Of a stretch of DNA of 64,000 bases, positions 1 through 64,000 are shown one piece after another (within the stretch, counting starts at the first letter, position 1; every line of letters begins with the position of its first letter). Under the pieces are notes generated by a model. That model saw only the letters and a program-made list of their open reading frames with translations, was not told the origin of the DNA and made no database searches. The stretch comes from Eledone cirrhosa. Its lineage: Eukaryota. Location: assembly GCA_964016885.1 (NCBI GenBank), contig OZ024740.1:44826001-44890000 (forward strand), written 5' to 3'. Made by a program: the position numbers and the translations under genes.

Positions 1-956
1 CCTCATGTACAACTTATATTAACGGAATGTCATAAAATGTTAAAAAAGGTACCTTCCTTCAAATATTCTTGGAGCATGTTGAACAAAGATACAAATCTTG
101 ATGATGAAATTGCAAAAAGCATTCACTCTTGAAATGTTAAAATCCTCATCATCTCAAGGATAACTATACAATCTCTAAAATGTCTATTAACAAAACAAGC
201 ATTACGACTTTTTCATTGTATGGTAGTGAAATAAGGACAGTATATTCAATTCATGTAAGGCAAGTTTTTCAGCAAAGCTAGCTTTGACTAAGTTTGCATA
301 AGAATCAGCAACATTATACAAAATAATTTAGGTTTTCTAGTTAGCAGATGATCTAAGCAGAGAAGCACTCATGAAAAATAGCTGACTGAAAATGGCAAGA
401 TATTTAGATCTTAATGAATATCAAACAAAATTCTAAAGCATTTAAGTGATGGAGAAGTATATTGTGGGAAAGACACATGTGCAACCAAATTTTAGATACA
501 AATATAGCCTAAAATCTGATCGAAAAACATTAATATTCATGGGGAAAGTTAGAAAAACTGGTGTTCAAAGGGATTTATGGAGAAAAAATATACACAATAC
601 ATCTAATCATATTGAAGAGAATCGCATTAAACACTCAAACACAAACAGGGCACATGGAAAACAAAGGCAAATCCAGTAAGTATTATTCATCTGTTCAATA
701 AATGTTCAACATTTGACCGATTTATGGCTGGGCAAATTACTACATAAATGGAAGCAGGCTAACCACCCCCAAGATCGTGTCTGTTAATCATGCAATACAC
801 TGAAAAGATATATGTCTGTACATAATGCTAATTTCAAGGAATCTGCATTACATGTAACTGAGAACTATATATGTTATATTTTTTAATAAAATCTGCAAAA
901 CATAAACTGGTCTAAATCAATGCTACTTGGCAGCTCATTATGAAGCAAACATTATA

Positions 957-1018
<62 letters not shown>

Positions 1019-1516
1019 GAATACACCGCCTAAGCGGGGGTTACCTCCCTTGGAGAAAACCACGTGTCTGTGGCGACTTTTAAAGTTACAACATACCCGC
1101 TTTGGCTAAGAACGAAAGACTTGCTGAAGAAGTAAATCCTATGATCTGTCGTCAAAAACCATTATATTGCAGACTCCTGCAATAGGAATTTGTCGATCTT
1201 GGATTTGCAGAAACTTAGCGCTGATGTTGGGCGTGATATTGTGATCTATATTGTTGATATACGATGTAAGTTATATATTTTACGCTCAGCCTCACCGCTA
1301 TGTCCGGGTCAGTATAACATCTTTTCCTGGGTCCTGTATTTTCGTTGCTCTAGTAATGCGGCTGGACTGCCGACCGCTATATCTGATTTGCTAAGCTGTC
1401 TGAACGTAATGTTATTACTCTGGGGTCTTACCCCATCCGAGTGCTAAAGCTACAGACCGATTATGCATATACGCTAGCTTGGTCGTATACTAAAGCTTCA
1501 TCAATGCTGTACTAAA

Positions 1517-1820
<304 letters not shown>

Positions 1821-2586
1821 CAACAACCTTTGGTTGTGTCACCATCATGACCACTTTACAGCATGGGTTGGTGGCTTCACTAGAGACATGCTGCAGCCTG
1901 TCCGCATGGGAGATATATATGGAAGAGTGGGTGGGGTGGAAGTTAGGGGTGTTGCATACTATATGTATGCTTCAGTATCAACCTGTGCCCATCGGAAGAT
2001 GGGTCTTCTGCACTACTGCATAGTAGATAACTGCTAACTTCTTCTTAAGCCGGTCTAAATCCAGATACCTGTTTGACAGACCTCGTAAAAAGTCGTAGCA
2101 AATATTTGATATTATATCATTGTTTAACCATTCTGAATAAGGTGGCATATATTCTATTTTGAAATTATTGAACACTTCATATATTAAATCACATCTAAGA
2201 ACGTTTTGCAAGTCAACTAGAATGATGCTATATAAATATAGCTGATAGTAACTTTATGAAAACATTATGATCACCACAAATATATAGGTAAGATATATTT
2301 AGTTTCGTTAATGTAAAATACTGAAAAGAAATGCAAAACAATGATACCTATTCTTTAATATTTAAACAATAATACACCTGATAGACTAACACTGTATCAA
2401 GGTATTGTTTGTATCCAAAGCAAGCATGTCACAAATCAAAGCACAATTCATTCATAGTTGACAATTGACATAGTTATAACATCGAATTCAATATAAACAT
2501 ATTCATACAGTATACATAGTCGTTTGTATTACACAGCAAGGGCAACAGACATTCATATTGGTGCCAAAAATGAATGACCCACTCAC

Positions 2587-63410
<60,824 letters not shown>

Positions 63411-64000
63411 CTGTGAAATTTTATTAAAAAAATGTAACTAAATCTCGCGCAAAGGTATAGGTTTAACGTTAAATCAGTTAAAGTTTTAAAACGGACGTTT
63501 GAAAGTGTTATAGTTTTACTAGTGCATGCGAGATTTGAGAGAACCAAATCTTTCAATTATATAACTGAATGTTTCAATTACATTGAAATCATACAAAAGC
63601 ATCAATTTAAAACATTAACGGCAACATGTATTTGCTAACCCAACATACAATGAATGAAAATAAAAACACAAAATATATCCGAGATATATTGATGAAAACA
63701 TGCGATTTGTAATACTGAAATGCGAAAAGGCTACAAGACATTTATGAAACAACATTGAAACACTGACGTCATTATAATACTACATAACAAGCTATGTATA
63801 CTATTGCCCTAAAATATGCTATAATATAAAATCATATACGTTCTCGACAGTATTGATTATTAAAACACACTTAATTTTATTATGAAGTTATATGAACATC
63901 AGAAGTTACTATAATAATTTAATAGATTATATAATATCATTCATATATGAATTATTGCTATATCTCTTCCTTCGTAACAGAACTACTACACAAGAACAAA

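Noticed and set aside
446-679. 77-aa ORF near the window start
   Set aside because: Lies in what appears to be a degraded RTE-like LINE remnant (nearby LYGSE motif); no gene structure

Overview
AT-rich animal genomic DNA packed with (TA)n microsatellites; the SINE repertoire and simple-repeat load suggest a cephalopod/octopus (inference). The whole window is internal to one large minus-strand gene for a titin/obscurin-like Ig-repeat protein. Read 5'->3' (high to low coordinates) it has 31 intact phase-1 microexons (30 nt each, one 33 nt) of six types in a strict B-A-F-E-D-C cycle, encoding a 60-aa E/T/V/S-rich repeat, plus one decayed copy. Five 267-nt I-set Ig exons follow, four of them each followed by a 30-nt linker microexon. 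The ORF track misses nearly all microexons. Introns carry many Penelope-like retroelement remnants (GIY-YIG), mostly as fold-back palindromes in (TA)n with minimal type-I hammerhead ribozyme motifs (including a U3-A8 core variant), plus a deleted mariner, SINEs and LINE fragments. Exon boundaries were counted by hand from splice signals; repeat boundaries are approximate.
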